DNA from: a candidate division WOR-3 bacterium
GTDB lineage: Bacteria > Hydrothermota > 32-111
Assembly (NCBI GenBank): GCA_039804105.1
Contig: JBDRZU010000001.1
Coordinates: forward strand, 1,056,001-1,120,000
Reading direction: 5' to 3'
DNA length: 64,000 bases
A model generated the notes under the pieces. That model ran no database searches. It was not told the DNA's origin and saw only the letters and a list, made by a program, of their open reading frames with translations. The position numbers and the translations under genes are program-made. Shown here piece after piece: positions 1 to 9,571 of the stretch (within the stretch, counting starts at the first letter, position 1; every line of letters begins with the position of its first letter).

Positions 1-1576
1 TCATAAACAATGCAAGGATTAGAAGTAGAACAGATATAATTCCAAGTAAAATTTTTGAACTTTTGAAAAACTTTACCGTTTGTATCGTGAGTGCTGTCAA
101 TGTGAAAATTAGCATTAGAATCGAAGGTATCAGGGTGTATAAAGTCGCTTTATTTCTACTCAAAAGCCATACTGTTACAACAAGAAGTGTCAAAGCAGCA
201 ACAAGTTGATTTGATGCACCAAAAACTGGCCATATTGACTGCCATGGTCCAAGTGAAAGATATGTTGCAAGTCCAATAACGATAGCAGTATTTACATACA
301 TGTTTTTCATAAACTTTATTTTAAATGTCCCACCAAAAAGTTCATCTCCAATATACCTTGTAATCCTTGTTGCAGTATCAAGTGTTGTAACAATAAAAGT
401 TTTAAGCATTGTTATTCCAATGAACATTCCGAGTGTTCCAAAAAGAGGTTTTGCTATCTCTCCATAGCCCTTTCCAAAAGCAACGATCCATTTTCCTTCC
501 TTAACAAGTTCAGGATAAACAAACCCTTCTTTTCCACCAAACCAATATAGACCTGCGGAAACAGATATTACAGCAAGAATGCTTAAAACACCTTCTGTCA
601 ACATTGCACCATATCCTATCTTTTTTGCATCACCTTCGTTGTTCAATTGTTTTGAAGTTGTTCCGCTCGCAACAAGTGAGTGAAATCCCGATATTGCACC
701 ACATGCAATCGTGATAAACATCATCGGGAAAAGTGTTCCCTCACTACCTTTAAAACTAACAAAAGCAGGGGTTTTTATTTCTGGTCTTGTAATAAATATT
801 CCAGTATAACCTGCTATCAATCCAAAAAACAAAACAAAAAATGAAAGGTAATCTCTTGGTTGTAAAATTATGTTAACAGGTAGAACAGATGCAGTATAAG
901 CATAAAATATGAGTAAACTTATAAGCCAACCTGTATATGTCCATTTTATCGGAAATCTTATTCCAAGTAGTATCAAACCAAACATTAAAACAACTCCAAT
1001 AACCGTTGCAACAATAGTGTTCATTTTGAATCTATAAAGCATAATTCCAACAAGAACTGCAAGTACTATTATTCCAAAAGTAGGAATAGCGATCTCTGGA
1101 GTTGTTTCAAGAGTTTTTGCAGCGGATGCAGCAAAAACTGCTATAACAAGTATTAAAGACAGCCATAGAAAAATTGAAAAAATGATCTTTGCTTTTGAAC
1201 CTAAAACGGATTCAGTTGTATCACCTATCGTTTTCCCATCATTTCTCAAAGAAATCATCAAACTTGAAAAATCGTGAACTCCCCCAAAAAATATTGAACC
1301 AAGAATTATCCATAAAACTGCTGGAAACCAGCCCCAAACAGCACAAGCGATCACAGGTCCAAGTATTGGACCAGCACCTGCAATTGATGAAAAATGGTGT
1401 CCAAAAAGAATGAGCCAATTCTTTGCAGGAACATAATCGATACCATCATATTTATAATTTGCTGGAGTAGTGTTTTCTTTTTTCACATCAAAAAGTTTTT
1501 CAAGAACTCTTCCATAAAATCTATAACCTATAATAAATATCAAAATTGAACCCATGGCGAGCACTATTGAACTCAT
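1..1576 (-). CDS. cstA: Carbon starvation protein A family peptide/pyruvate transporter (3' end outside window)
   Basis: Manual minus-strand translation from ATG 1576 (SD AGGAGG): MSSIVLAMGS...DGIDYVPAKNWLILFGHHFSSIAGAGPILGP...GGVHDF...IACGAISGFHSLVASGTTSKQL, which are CstA signature motifs. Confidence 0.93.
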   Translation of the reverse strand, partial: MSSIVLAMGSILIFIIGYRFYGRVLEKLFDVKKENTTPANYKYDGIDYVPAKNWLILFGHHFSSIAGAGPILGPVIACAVWGWFPAVLWIILGSIFFGGVHDFSSLMISLRNDGKTIGDTTESVLGSKAKIIFSIFLWLSLILVIAVFAASAAKTLETTPEIAIPTFGIIVLAVLVGIMLYRFKMNTIVATVIGVVLMFGLILLGIRFPIKWTYTGWLISLLIFYAYTASVLPVNIILQPRDYLSFFVLFFGLIAGYTGIFITRPEIKTPAFVSFKGSEGTLFPMMFITIACGAISGFHSLVASGTTSKQLNNEGDAKKIGYGAMLTEGVLSILAVISVSAGLYWFGGKEGFVYPELVKEGKWIVAFGKGYGEIAKPLFGTLGMFIGITMLKTFIVTTLDTATRITRYIGDELFGGTFKIKFMKNMYVNTAIVIGLATYLSLGPWQSIWPVFGASNQLVAALTLLVVTVWLLSRNKATLYTLIPSILMLIFTLTALTIQTVKFFKSSKILLGIISVLLLILALFM

Positions 1577-1595
1577 TTTCTCCTCCTGATCAATA

Positions 1596-1623
1596 AAAAG
1601 GGCGGTTTTAAAACCGTCCTTTC
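1596..1623 (-). terminator. Intrinsic terminator after hydA
   Basis: Minus strand AAAGGACGGTTTT/AAAACCGCCCTTT hairpin followed by T-tract, ~20 nt after the hydA stop. Confidence 0.7.
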
Positions 1624-1644
1624 GTATATGTATTAAAACTTTTT

Positions 1645-3429
1645 TTACACAAGATCTGATCTATCCACATATTTTGTATGCAACAACTTGTGTGAAAGTT
1701 CTGAGTATGGTTCACCAAGGAATTCTTTGTAAGCTTTTTGAACCATCGGGTTCTGATGTGATGCTCTGAACTGAAGCATTTCTTTATCCTCTTTATAAAG
1801 CCCTTCTGCTCTTCTTGCTCTCGCTGCATATTCACATGCATACGGCTGTCCACCACCACCAACGCATCCACCTGGGCATGCCATTATTTCGATGAAGTGG
1901 TATTCTGATTCACCTTTTTCTTTCAACTGCTGTGCAACCTTTGTTAAAAGTTTTCTTGCATTTCCAAGTCCATGTGCAACAGCAACCTTTAATGGAACTT
2001 TCTTTCCAAGTTTCTTCACTGGAACTTCAAGAACTCCCTCTTTTATTCCTTCCATTCCTCTGACAATCTTTATATCATAATCTTTCATCTCCTCACCTGA
2101 AAGCACAAAGTAGGCGGTTCTGATCGCTGCTTCCATAACTCCACCAGTTGCTCCAAATATCGTTCCAGCACCAGTATAGAATCCCATCAATTCATCAGCA
2201 GGTTCATCTGGTAAATTCTTAAAATCGATTCCAGATTGTCTGATCATCTTTGCAAATTCTCTTGTTGTCAAAACATAATCAACATCTCTATAACCACTCG
2301 CGTTCATCTCTGGTCTTGCTGCTTCATATTTTTTCGCTGTGCATGGCATTATTGAAACTGAAACTATATCTTTTGGATCTATCTTTTCCATCTTTGCATA
2401 GTATGTTTTTGCAAGTGCTCCAAACATCTGTTGTGGTGACTTTGCAGATGAAATGTGTTCTCTTAAATCAGCAAAAAATGTCTCCATAAATTTTATCCAT
2501 CCAGGTGAACAGGATGTTATAACTGGCAGATGTTTTCCAAACTCACCTGTTTCAAATGCTTTAAAAATCTTATGGACAACCTCGGTTCCTTCTTCCATAA
2601 TTGTCAGATCTGCTGTAAAGTTTGTATCAAACACTCTATCAAAACCCATCCTTCTTAGAACAGCGTGCATTTTTCCTGCTGTAACCTCACCTTCTTTGAA
2701 TCCAAACTCTTCACCTATAGCAACTCTTACAGCAGGTGCTTCCTGAACAACAACATGTTTTGTTGGATCGTTTATTGCAGCCCAAACATCATCAATGCTT
2801 GATTTTTCATAAAGAGCACCAACAGGGCAAACAACAACACATTGACCACAGTTCGTGCAGACACTATCTGAAAGTGGCATATCCATGAATGGAGCCATCT
2901 TCGTTTCATATCCTCTGTTGATAAAATCGATAGCGAATACAGTTTGAATGTTTTGACACACCTGAATACATCTTCCGCACAGGATACATTTGTTTGGATC
3001 CCTTATGATTACACCCTTATCATCAAGAGGCATATCCCTGTCAAACCTTTTGAACGGAAGTTCATAAACACCAAGTTTTTCAGCCATAGCCTGCAATTCA
3101 CAACTCTGGTTTCTGAAACACTCAAGACAATCGTTTGGATGGTTTGAAAGTATAAGTTCAAGAACCGTTTTCCTTGCATCGATAACCTGTTTTGTATTCG
3201 TTTTAATTTTCATCTTATCAGCAACGGGTGTGCAGCATGCTCTTTTAAGAGTTGGTGTATTTTCGACTTCAACTACACAAATACCACAGTTACCTGTTGG
3301 AGTTAGATCTTTATAGTAGCAGAGAGTTGGAATCTCAACATTGATCTTCTTCGCAGCATCAAGTATCGTTGTTCCCTCAGGAACTTTTACTTCGATACCA
3401 TCAATATAAACTGTTAATTCTTTAACCAT
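1645..3429 (-). CDS. hydA: [FeFe]-hydrogenase catalytic subunit, group A3-type (HydA/HndD)
   Basis: N-terminal 2Fe-2S, His-ligated 4Fe-4S and 2x4Fe-4S domains; H-cluster motifs TSCSPGW, MPCTAKKYE, EIMACPGGCVGGGGQP. Confidence 0.96.
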   Translation of the reverse strand: MVKELTVYIDGIEVKVPEGTTILDAAKKINVEIPTLCYYKDLTPTGNCGICVVEVENTPTLKRACCTPVADKMKIKTNTKQVIDARKTVLELILSNHPNDCLECFRNQSCELQAMAEKLGVYELPFKRFDRDMPLDDKGVIIRDPNKCILCGRCIQVCQNIQTVFAIDFINRGYETKMAPFMDMPLSDSVCTNCGQCVVVCPVGALYEKSSIDDVWAAINDPTKHVVVQEAPAVRVAIGEEFGFKEGEVTAGKMHAVLRRMGFDRVFDTNFTADLTIMEEGTEVVHKIFKAFETGEFGKHLPVITSCSPGWIKFMETFFADLREHISSAKSPQQMFGALAKTYYAKMEKIDPKDIVSVSIMPCTAKKYEAARPEMNASGYRDVDYVLTTREFAKMIRQSGIDFKNLPDEPADELMGFYTGAGTIFGATGGVMEAAIRTAYFVLSGEEMKDYDIKIVRGMEGIKEGVLEVPVKKLGKKVPLKVAVAHGLGNARKLLTKVAQQLKEKGESEYHFIEIMACPGGCVGGGGQPYACEYAARARRAEGLYKEDKEMLQFRASHQNPMVQKAYKEFLGEPYSELSHKLLHTKYVDRSDLV

Positions 3430-3439
3430 TGTTCTCTCC

Positions 3440-5014
3440 TTATTTATTTAACATTTTTTTTATATCATCTTCAAGATATTTACTAAAACTGTTGATCGGA
3501 ATATAAGGTGACTGTCCAAGAGGACAGAAAGATGTGAGTTTCATTATGTATGATAACTCTTTCATCTTTTCCCAATCTTCTATAGTTGATCTACCTTTAA
3601 GAATATTCTTTGAATGTATAGAAAGTTGTTTTGTTCCGATCCTACATGGTGAACACTTTCCACACGATTCATGCTTAAAAAACTGTAAAATTGAATCCAA
3701 TGTCTCAACAGCGTTTCTATCCTCTGAAAGAACAAGTATCGCACCTGAACCTAAAACTGCTGCATATTCACCAAGTGAATCAAAATCCATCTTCACATCA
3801 ATTCCTTTTTCAGATATGAATGCACCAGCAGCACCACCGATCAACGCTGCTTTAAATTTTTTACCTTCTTTTAATCCACCACCATATTTGAAAATAATAT
3901 CTTTCAAAGTTGTTCCCATTGGAACCTCAATAAGACCAGGATAAAGAATATCTCCCATAAGTGTGTAAACCTTTGTTCCTGGACATTTTTCTGTTCCAAA
4001 ACTTTTATACCATTTGCTTCCATTTTTGATTATATCCGTGACATTTGTGAGTGTCTCAACATTGTTGACAACAGATGGGTTCTGTCTGAAACCTTTTACT
4101 CCCGGGAATGGTGGCTTGTTTCTTGGGTTTCCCCTTTTTCCTTCCATCGACTCGATAAGTGCTGTTTCCTCTCCACAAACATAAGCCCCAGCACCTTTTC
4201 TAACCTCAATATCAAAAGAGAAGTTTGATTCAAGAATATTCTTTCCGAGAAGGTTGTACTCTTTACATTTTTTTATAGCATTTTCAACTCTTCTAATTGA
4301 AAGATCATACTCACCTCTTATATAAATGAACCCTTTTGATGCACCAACAGCATAACCTGCAAGAATCATACCTTCGATCAATCTGTAAGGTACACCTTCC
4401 ATTATCAACCTGTCTTTAAATGTTCCAGGTTCACCTTCATCAGCATTGCAAATAATATATTTTTCTCCCTTAAGTGGCGCTGTAAATGACCATTTCAAAC
4501 CTGTTGGGAAACCTGCTCCACCTCTTCCTCTTAATCCCGATTCTTTAACCTCTTTCACAACATCCTCAGGTTTCATTTCAAACAACGCTTTCCCTAATGC
4601 TTCAAATCCACCTATTCCAATATACTCCTCTATGTTTTCAGGATCAATTTCACCTGATCCTTTTAAAACTATTCTTTCCTCTTTTGGTCTTTCAAGTGTA
4701 ACTGTTTCACCTTTAACTATCTCACCTGAAAAAACGAGATCTTTGACTATTCTTCCTTTTAAAAGATGTTCGTTAACGATTCTTGGAACATCTTCACTTT
4801 TAACATTTACATAGTAGACACCTTCTGGGTAAACAACAAGAACAACCCCCTTTCCAGATATTCCAAGATTACCAGTTTCTGCAACCATAACCTCTTCTGA
4901 AAGTCCTGCTTTTTCGATCTCCTTTTTCAATTTTTCAAAAATCCCTTTAGCACCTGCAAGGAGAGTTTCTGGATCAATAGAAACCAAAATATGAGTTCTG
5001 AATATTTTAGCCAT
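3440..5014 (-). CDS. NuoF/HydB-like FMN/NADH-binding subunit, copy 2 (non-bifurcating-type motifs; Cys-less N-terminal Trx-like domain)
   Basis: GRGGAGFPTGLKW, NADEGEPGTFKDR, GAYVCGEET, ESCGKCSPCRIG. Confidence 0.92.
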   Translation of the reverse strand: MAKIFRTHILVSIDPETLLAGAKGIFEKLKKEIEKAGLSEEVMVAETGNLGISGKGVVLVVYPEGVYYVNVKSEDVPRIVNEHLLKGRIVKDLVFSGEIVKGETVTLERPKEERIVLKGSGEIDPENIEEYIGIGGFEALGKALFEMKPEDVVKEVKESGLRGRGGAGFPTGLKWSFTAPLKGEKYIICNADEGEPGTFKDRLIMEGVPYRLIEGMILAGYAVGASKGFIYIRGEYDLSIRRVENAIKKCKEYNLLGKNILESNFSFDIEVRKGAGAYVCGEETALIESMEGKRGNPRNKPPFPGVKGFRQNPSVVNNVETLTNVTDIIKNGSKWYKSFGTEKCPGTKVYTLMGDILYPGLIEVPMGTTLKDIIFKYGGGLKEGKKFKAALIGGAAGAFISEKGIDVKMDFDSLGEYAAVLGSGAILVLSEDRNAVETLDSILQFFKHESCGKCSPCRIGTKQLSIHSKNILKGRSTIEDWEKMKELSYIMKLTSFCPLGQSPYIPINSFSKYLEDDIKKMLNK

Positions 5015-5471
5015 TTTTCTTCTCCCTGTATTTGGTTATTATTTCATCAATCTTTTCCGGTGTAAGATTTCCATACATATCATCATCTATCATCATTGCG
5101 GGAGCAACTGCGCAAACACCAAGACATGATGATGTTTCAAGTGTAAACATGTTATCATCAGTTGTCTCTCCTTCTTTTACTCCGAGCGTCTTTTTCAGAT
5201 AGTTGAACACAGTATCACTTCCCATGAGTTGACATGGTGGTGAAACGCAAACTCTAACGATATGATGTCCACGTTTTTTCACTGAAAACATCGTATAGAA
5301 TGTTGCAACTCCCATCACTTCGGATCTACTGACTTTTAGATACTTTGAAACAGCAACAAGATCATCCTCTGAAAGATACTTTTCCTCTTTTGAATTCTGT
5401 ATATCATGCAGGATGTAAAGGAGGTTTTCTCTTGTTGGTTCATACTTTTTAAGTATTTTTTCTCTATCCAT
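5007..5471 (-). CDS. NuoE/HydC-like [2Fe-2S] subunit, copy 2
   Basis: VATFYTMF, CVSPPC...CLGVCAVAP; start placed at ATG 5471 after SD GGAGG. Confidence 0.92.
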   Translation of the reverse strand: MDREKILKKYEPTRENLLYILHDIQNSKEEKYLSEDDLVAVSKYLKVSRSEVMGVATFYTMFSVKKRGHHIVRVCVSPPCQLMGSDTVFNYLKKTLGVKEGETTDDNMFTLETSSCLGVCAVAPAMMIDDDMYGNLTPEKIDEIITKYREKKNG

Positions 5472-5484
5472 AAATCCTCCGAAT

Positions 5485-7107
5485 TTATTTTTTCTTTTTA
5501 AAACATATACCCGCTCTACATTTCTTCTCATTTATATGTTCAAGATACTCATCTTTGAAATACCTTATAGTTGAAAGAACCGGATTTGGTGCTGTTTGAC
5601 CAAGTCCACACAAAGATGTTTTGCAGATCTGTTCTCCAAGATGTATTAAAAGATCCAACTCTTCCTCTTTTGCTCTTCCTTTTGAGATCCTTTCAAGAAT
5701 CTCAAGCATCTTTTTTGTTCCGATTCTGCATGGTGGACATTTTCCACATGACTCATCCTGAGTGAATTCAAGAAAATATTTTGCAAGATCGACCATACAT
5801 GTATCCTCACTCATAATGATAAGTCCACCTGAACCTATTATCGTTCCAAGTTTTTTCACACTTTCATAATCAAGTGGAGTATCAATAAATTCAGCAGGGA
5901 TACATCCTCCAGAAGGCCCTCCGATCTGTGCTGCTTTAAACTTTTTATTGTTTGGAAGTCCACCACCGATTTCATAAACCATTTCTCTTAATGTTGTTCC
6001 CATCGGAACCTCAACAAGACCAGTGTTGTTTATCTCACCTGCAAGTGCAAAAACTTTTGTTCCCTTACTCTTTTCAGTTCCAATCGATGAGAACCATTTG
6101 CTTCCTTTTAGGATTATCTGACATATGTTTGCGTATGTCTCAACATTGTTTATCAGAGTTGGTTTTCCAAATAACCCTTTATCTGCTGGAAATGGTGGTT
6201 TTGGAGACGGTGTTCCTCTTTGTCCTTCTATAGAATGCATCAATGCTGTTTCTTCTCCACAAACAAAAGCACCTGCACCAACTCTTATTTCAAGATCAAA
6301 ATCAAGTCCTTTACCAAAAATATTTTTTCCTAAAAGATTCTCATCATACGCTTTTTTGATTGCACTCTTCAACCTTTTTATAGCGAGTGGATACTCTGCT
6401 CTCACATAAACATAACCTTGTCTTGCTCCAACAGCATATCCTGCAATAGTCATTGCTTCGATAACTGAAAAAGGATCTCCTTCAAGAACAGATCGATCCA
6501 TAAAAGCACCTGGATCTCCCTCATCAGCGTTGCACACCACATATTTTTCGTCTCCTTTCGAGTTTCTAACTAATTCCCATTTGAGTCCTGTTGGGAAACC
6601 TGCTCCCCCCCTTCCCCTCAGGCCTGAATCTTTTATCTCTTTAATTACATCCTCAGGGCTCATCTCAGTTAAAACTTTTGCAAGTGCACTGTAACCATCT
6701 TTTCCGATATACTCTTCAAGTGATTCAGGATCTATGATTCCACAGTTTCTTAAAACTATCTTTAACTGTTTCTGGAAAAATGGGATCTGAGCTGCCTGTT
6801 GAACTATCTTTTCAGAATCTTTTTCTTTGTAAAGCAACCTTTGAACCACTCTTCCTTTTAATAAATGTTCTTCAACTATGTCTTTTGCATCCTCAGGTTT
6901 CAATTTTTTATAGAAAACTCCATCAGGATAAACTATCACAACAGGTCCAAGTTCACATATCCCAACACAACCTGTTTCAACTATGTTCACCATACCTTCA
7001 AGTTTATGTTTCTTTAACTCTTCAACAAGTTTATCTCTGAAAGAATAACCTCCACTTGAAATACAGGATGCTCCAGCACACAGAAGAAGGTTATATATTT
7101 TTGCCAT
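5485..7107 (-). CDS. NuoF/HydB-like subunit, copy 1 (bifurcating-type motifs, no C-terminal 2x[4Fe-4S] domain)
   Basis: N-terminal CAGASC...GCVGIC; NADEGDPGAFMDR; GAFVCGEET; GGPSGG; ESCGKCPPCRIG; ends CRAGICFKKKK. Confidence 0.93.
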   Translation of the reverse strand: MAKIYNLLLCAGASCISSGGYSFRDKLVEELKKHKLEGMVNIVETGCVGICELGPVVIVYPDGVFYKKLKPEDAKDIVEEHLLKGRVVQRLLYKEKDSEKIVQQAAQIPFFQKQLKIVLRNCGIIDPESLEEYIGKDGYSALAKVLTEMSPEDVIKEIKDSGLRGRGGAGFPTGLKWELVRNSKGDEKYVVCNADEGDPGAFMDRSVLEGDPFSVIEAMTIAGYAVGARQGYVYVRAEYPLAIKRLKSAIKKAYDENLLGKNIFGKGLDFDLEIRVGAGAFVCGEETALMHSIEGQRGTPSPKPPFPADKGLFGKPTLINNVETYANICQIILKGSKWFSSIGTEKSKGTKVFALAGEINNTGLVEVPMGTTLREMVYEIGGGLPNNKKFKAAQIGGPSGGCIPAEFIDTPLDYESVKKLGTIIGSGGLIIMSEDTCMVDLAKYFLEFTQDESCGKCPPCRIGTKKMLEILERISKGRAKEEELDLLIHLGEQICKTSLCGLGQTAPNPVLSTIRYFKDEYLEHINEKKCRAGICFKKKK

Positions 7108-7117
7108 CCTTCCTCCA

Positions 7118-7477
7118 TTACTTTGATGATACCAACAAATCTTTTACTATGTTTCCATTTACAAAATGTTCAGCGACTATTCTTCTTGCCTTTTCAGGTG
7201 TGAGGTTACCATAAGTTATCATCTCTTTACCTTCTTCATAAACATCAACTATCGGTTCCCTATCGCAGAGTCCTCTACAACCTGATTGGGTTATCACGAT
7301 ATCTGTAAGATTTCTTTTTGATATTTCATCAAGAAGTGCAGACAAAACTTCTCTTGCTCCTGCTGCTATTCCACAAGTTCCCATTCCCACAACTGCTTTT
7401 ATTCTCCCTTTACCTTCTCTTAAACTTGTCTCTTTTTCCATTTTCTCTCTGATCTTTTTTAGATCTTCAAGTTTCAT
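7118..7477 (-). CDS. Thioredoxin-like [2Fe-2S] ferredoxin (HndB/HydD-like)
   Basis: VGMGTCGIAAGA...GCRGLCDREP. Confidence 0.9.
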   Translation of the reverse strand: MKLEDLKKIREKMEKETSLREGKGRIKAVVGMGTCGIAAGAREVLSALLDEISKRNLTDIVITQSGCRGLCDREPIVDVYEEGKEMITYGNLTPEKARRIVAEHFVNGNIVKDLLVSSK

Positions 7478-8028
7478 AATGCCTCCTGATTTTTTATTGA
7501 ATTTAAATTTTCCTTAATAAACTGTTTGATATAACCTGAAATCTGCGGATTACCAAGATTCATTCCACTAAAAACTTCTTTCAATTCCCTGCTATCTATC
7601 TTTACTTTGGTACCATTTTTCTCATAATTAAAAATTATATCAACCCCTTCATAAACCGTCATCAGAATCCATAGTGTTTCTTCAAGGTTTCCAAGTGGCA
7701 AAGCATCTATATGGTTTTTGTTAACAGAGAAAAACACCTTTGTTCCAACACCTTTTTTTGACTCGATTTTGAATTTACCATCACTCTGTTCAACATTCTG
7801 TTTTAAAAGTGGTAAACCGAGTCCAAATTTTTTCTTTCTTTCATCTTTAGTTGTAAAGAAAGGATCAAGAACCATCTTTAAAAGTTCCTCATCCATTCCA
7901 ACACCATCATCAATGATTTCAAACCTCATTTCGTCCTTATCCTCATAAAAATTGATCTCGACCAGTTTCGCTTTCGCCCTGATGCTGTTTTCGGCAATAT
8001 CGAGAATATGAAGTGATAAATCTCTCAT
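7474..8028 (-). CDS. HATPase_c (histidine-kinase-like ATPase), hydrogenase-operon associated
   Basis: MRDLSLHILDIAENSIRA, DDGVGM, DPFFTTK, GLGLPL, GVGT. Confidence 0.9.
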   Translation of the reverse strand: MRDLSLHILDIAENSIRAKAKLVEINFYEDKDEMRFEIIDDGVGMDEELLKMVLDPFFTTKDERKKKFGLGLPLLKQNVEQSDGKFKIESKKGVGTKVFFSVNKNHIDALPLGNLEETLWILMTVYEGVDIIFNYEKNGTKVKIDSRELKEVFSGMNLGNPQISGYIKQFIKENLNSIKNQEAL

Positions 8029-8519
8029 TTAACTTCTTCAACTGCCTTTTTCCTGTATTCATTTATTATTTCAATAACCCTGTCCTCTGTCAACTTTCCA
8101 TAAACTTCTTCATCGATCATCATCACAGGTGCAAGACCACACGCCCCAAGACACCTTGCTCCTTGAATTTTAAATAGCCCATCTTCAGTTGTCTGCTCAA
8201 GTTCAACATTCAACTCTTTTTTTAAAGTACTCAAAATTTTATCAGCACCTTTAACATAACATGCAGTTCCAAGACAGAGTTTTATGTTATGTTTACTTGG
8301 TGGTTGCAGTGTAAAGAAATGGTAAAAAGTTATAACTCCATAGATCACACTTCTATAAACACCAAGTTCCTTTGAAATTAAACTTATCGCTTCCTGTGGA
8401 ATATATCCAAAAAGTTCCTGTGTTTTATGTAAAACTTCTATAAGATCCTTTTGTCCTTTTGGATGTTTTTTTATCTCTTCTTTCAGTTGCTCAAGCAACT
8501 CCTCTTTTTTGACTTTCAT
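8025..8519 (-). CDS. NuoE/HydC-like [2Fe-2S] subunit, copy 1
   Basis: VITFYHFF, CLGTACYVKG, CLGACGLAP. Confidence 0.93.
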   Translation of the reverse strand: MKVKKEELLEQLKEEIKKHPKGQKDLIEVLHKTQELFGYIPQEAISLISKELGVYRSVIYGVITFYHFFTLQPPSKHNIKLCLGTACYVKGADKILSTLKKELNVELEQTTEDGLFKIQGARCLGACGLAPVMMIDEEVYGKLTEDRVIEIINEYRKKAVEEVK

Positions 8520-8522
8520 CTT

Positions 8523-9248
8523 TTATCCTCCTTTATGACATTCGATCATGTTCTCTTCAAGAACTTTTTTAAAAACTTCAAAACCTCTGTTTTCAATCGT
8601 TCCATCAAATTCAAAAGCGATATATCTTCTTCCAATCTCATCGATATAATGAGCATCAGAAGAACATATAATTTTATACCTTTCTTTGTATAAATCAACC
8701 TCTTTCGTGATTTCAACTCCATCAAGTTTTAAATCAGAAGGAATAAATCCAAGTTGCGACACTATTGAAAAATTTGGTCTATCTATATGTGAAGCAAATG
8801 CAAGCCCACCAAAACTATGAATAAGTGAAATAACCTGGTCAACAGACATTTCAGATGAAATCCCTAAAAAATAAGGATACTCATATAAAACCTCATCATA
8901 CATGTCAACAACAACCTGTTTCCCCATTTTTTCAGGATCATTTTTTATTTTTGGAAGCGTTTTTTCAAATTCTTTGTAAAAATTCTCGATACTTTCAAGA
9001 TTTTCAAAATATCCAAGTATATGAACTTCCTCTTTTGTTTGAATCTCAATTCCTGGTATCACCTCAACATCTATCATATCAGCAGCATCCATAACTCCTT
9101 TTATATTATGAATAGAGTTATGGTCTGTGATCGCAATAATGTCAAGTTTCATGAATTTTGCCATTTTTGAAATTTGAACAGGAGACATATACCAATCAGC
9201 ACATGGAGAAAGACATGTATGAATATGTAAGTCGGCCTTATGTCTCAT
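8523..9248 (-). CDS. PHP-domain phosphoesterase
   Basis: DLHIHTCLSPC, ITDHN, SSDAH. Confidence 0.92.
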   Translation of the reverse strand: MRHKADLHIHTCLSPCADWYMSPVQISKMAKFMKLDIIAITDHNSIHNIKGVMDAADMIDVEVIPGIEIQTKEEVHILGYFENLESIENFYKEFEKTLPKIKNDPEKMGKQVVVDMYDEVLYEYPYFLGISSEMSVDQVISLIHSFGGLAFASHIDRPNFSIVSQLGFIPSDLKLDGVEITKEVDLYKERYKIICSSDAHYIDEIGRRYIAFEFDGTIENRGFEVFKKVLEENMIECHKGG

Positions 9249-9571
9249 CTAACTCCTAAGTTGTAAAGAAGTCCAGCAACTTCAAAAGAATTTTTTTCAC
9301 TTTTTAAAATTGCTATTCCCTCTTTTTTAGCTGTTTCAACTGTTTCCTCATCAGGGGAAAACCCATCACATATCACTATAGCAGAGATATCTGCCATCTT
9401 TGCAACAGCAACTATATTTTTGTGTGTCTGAACAGTTAGCCATATAGATTTTGGTTTTATTTTTCCCATAACAACAGATAAGAGATCTGAAACATAACCG
9501 TATTCAACATCGTTGTCGCCATCAGTAACAGTTTCAAGATTGAGTTTATTTTTTATCTCCGAAACTTTCAT
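9245..9571 (-). CDS. DRTGG-domain protein
   Basis: GYVSDLLSVVM...WLTVQTHKNIVAVA; typical of hydrogenase regulatory clusters. Confidence 0.85.
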   Translation of the reverse strand: MKVSEIKNKLNLETVTDGDNDVEYGYVSDLLSVVMGKIKPKSIWLTVQTHKNIVAVAKMADISAIVICDGFSPDEETVETAKKEGIAILKSEKNSFEVAGLLYNLGVR

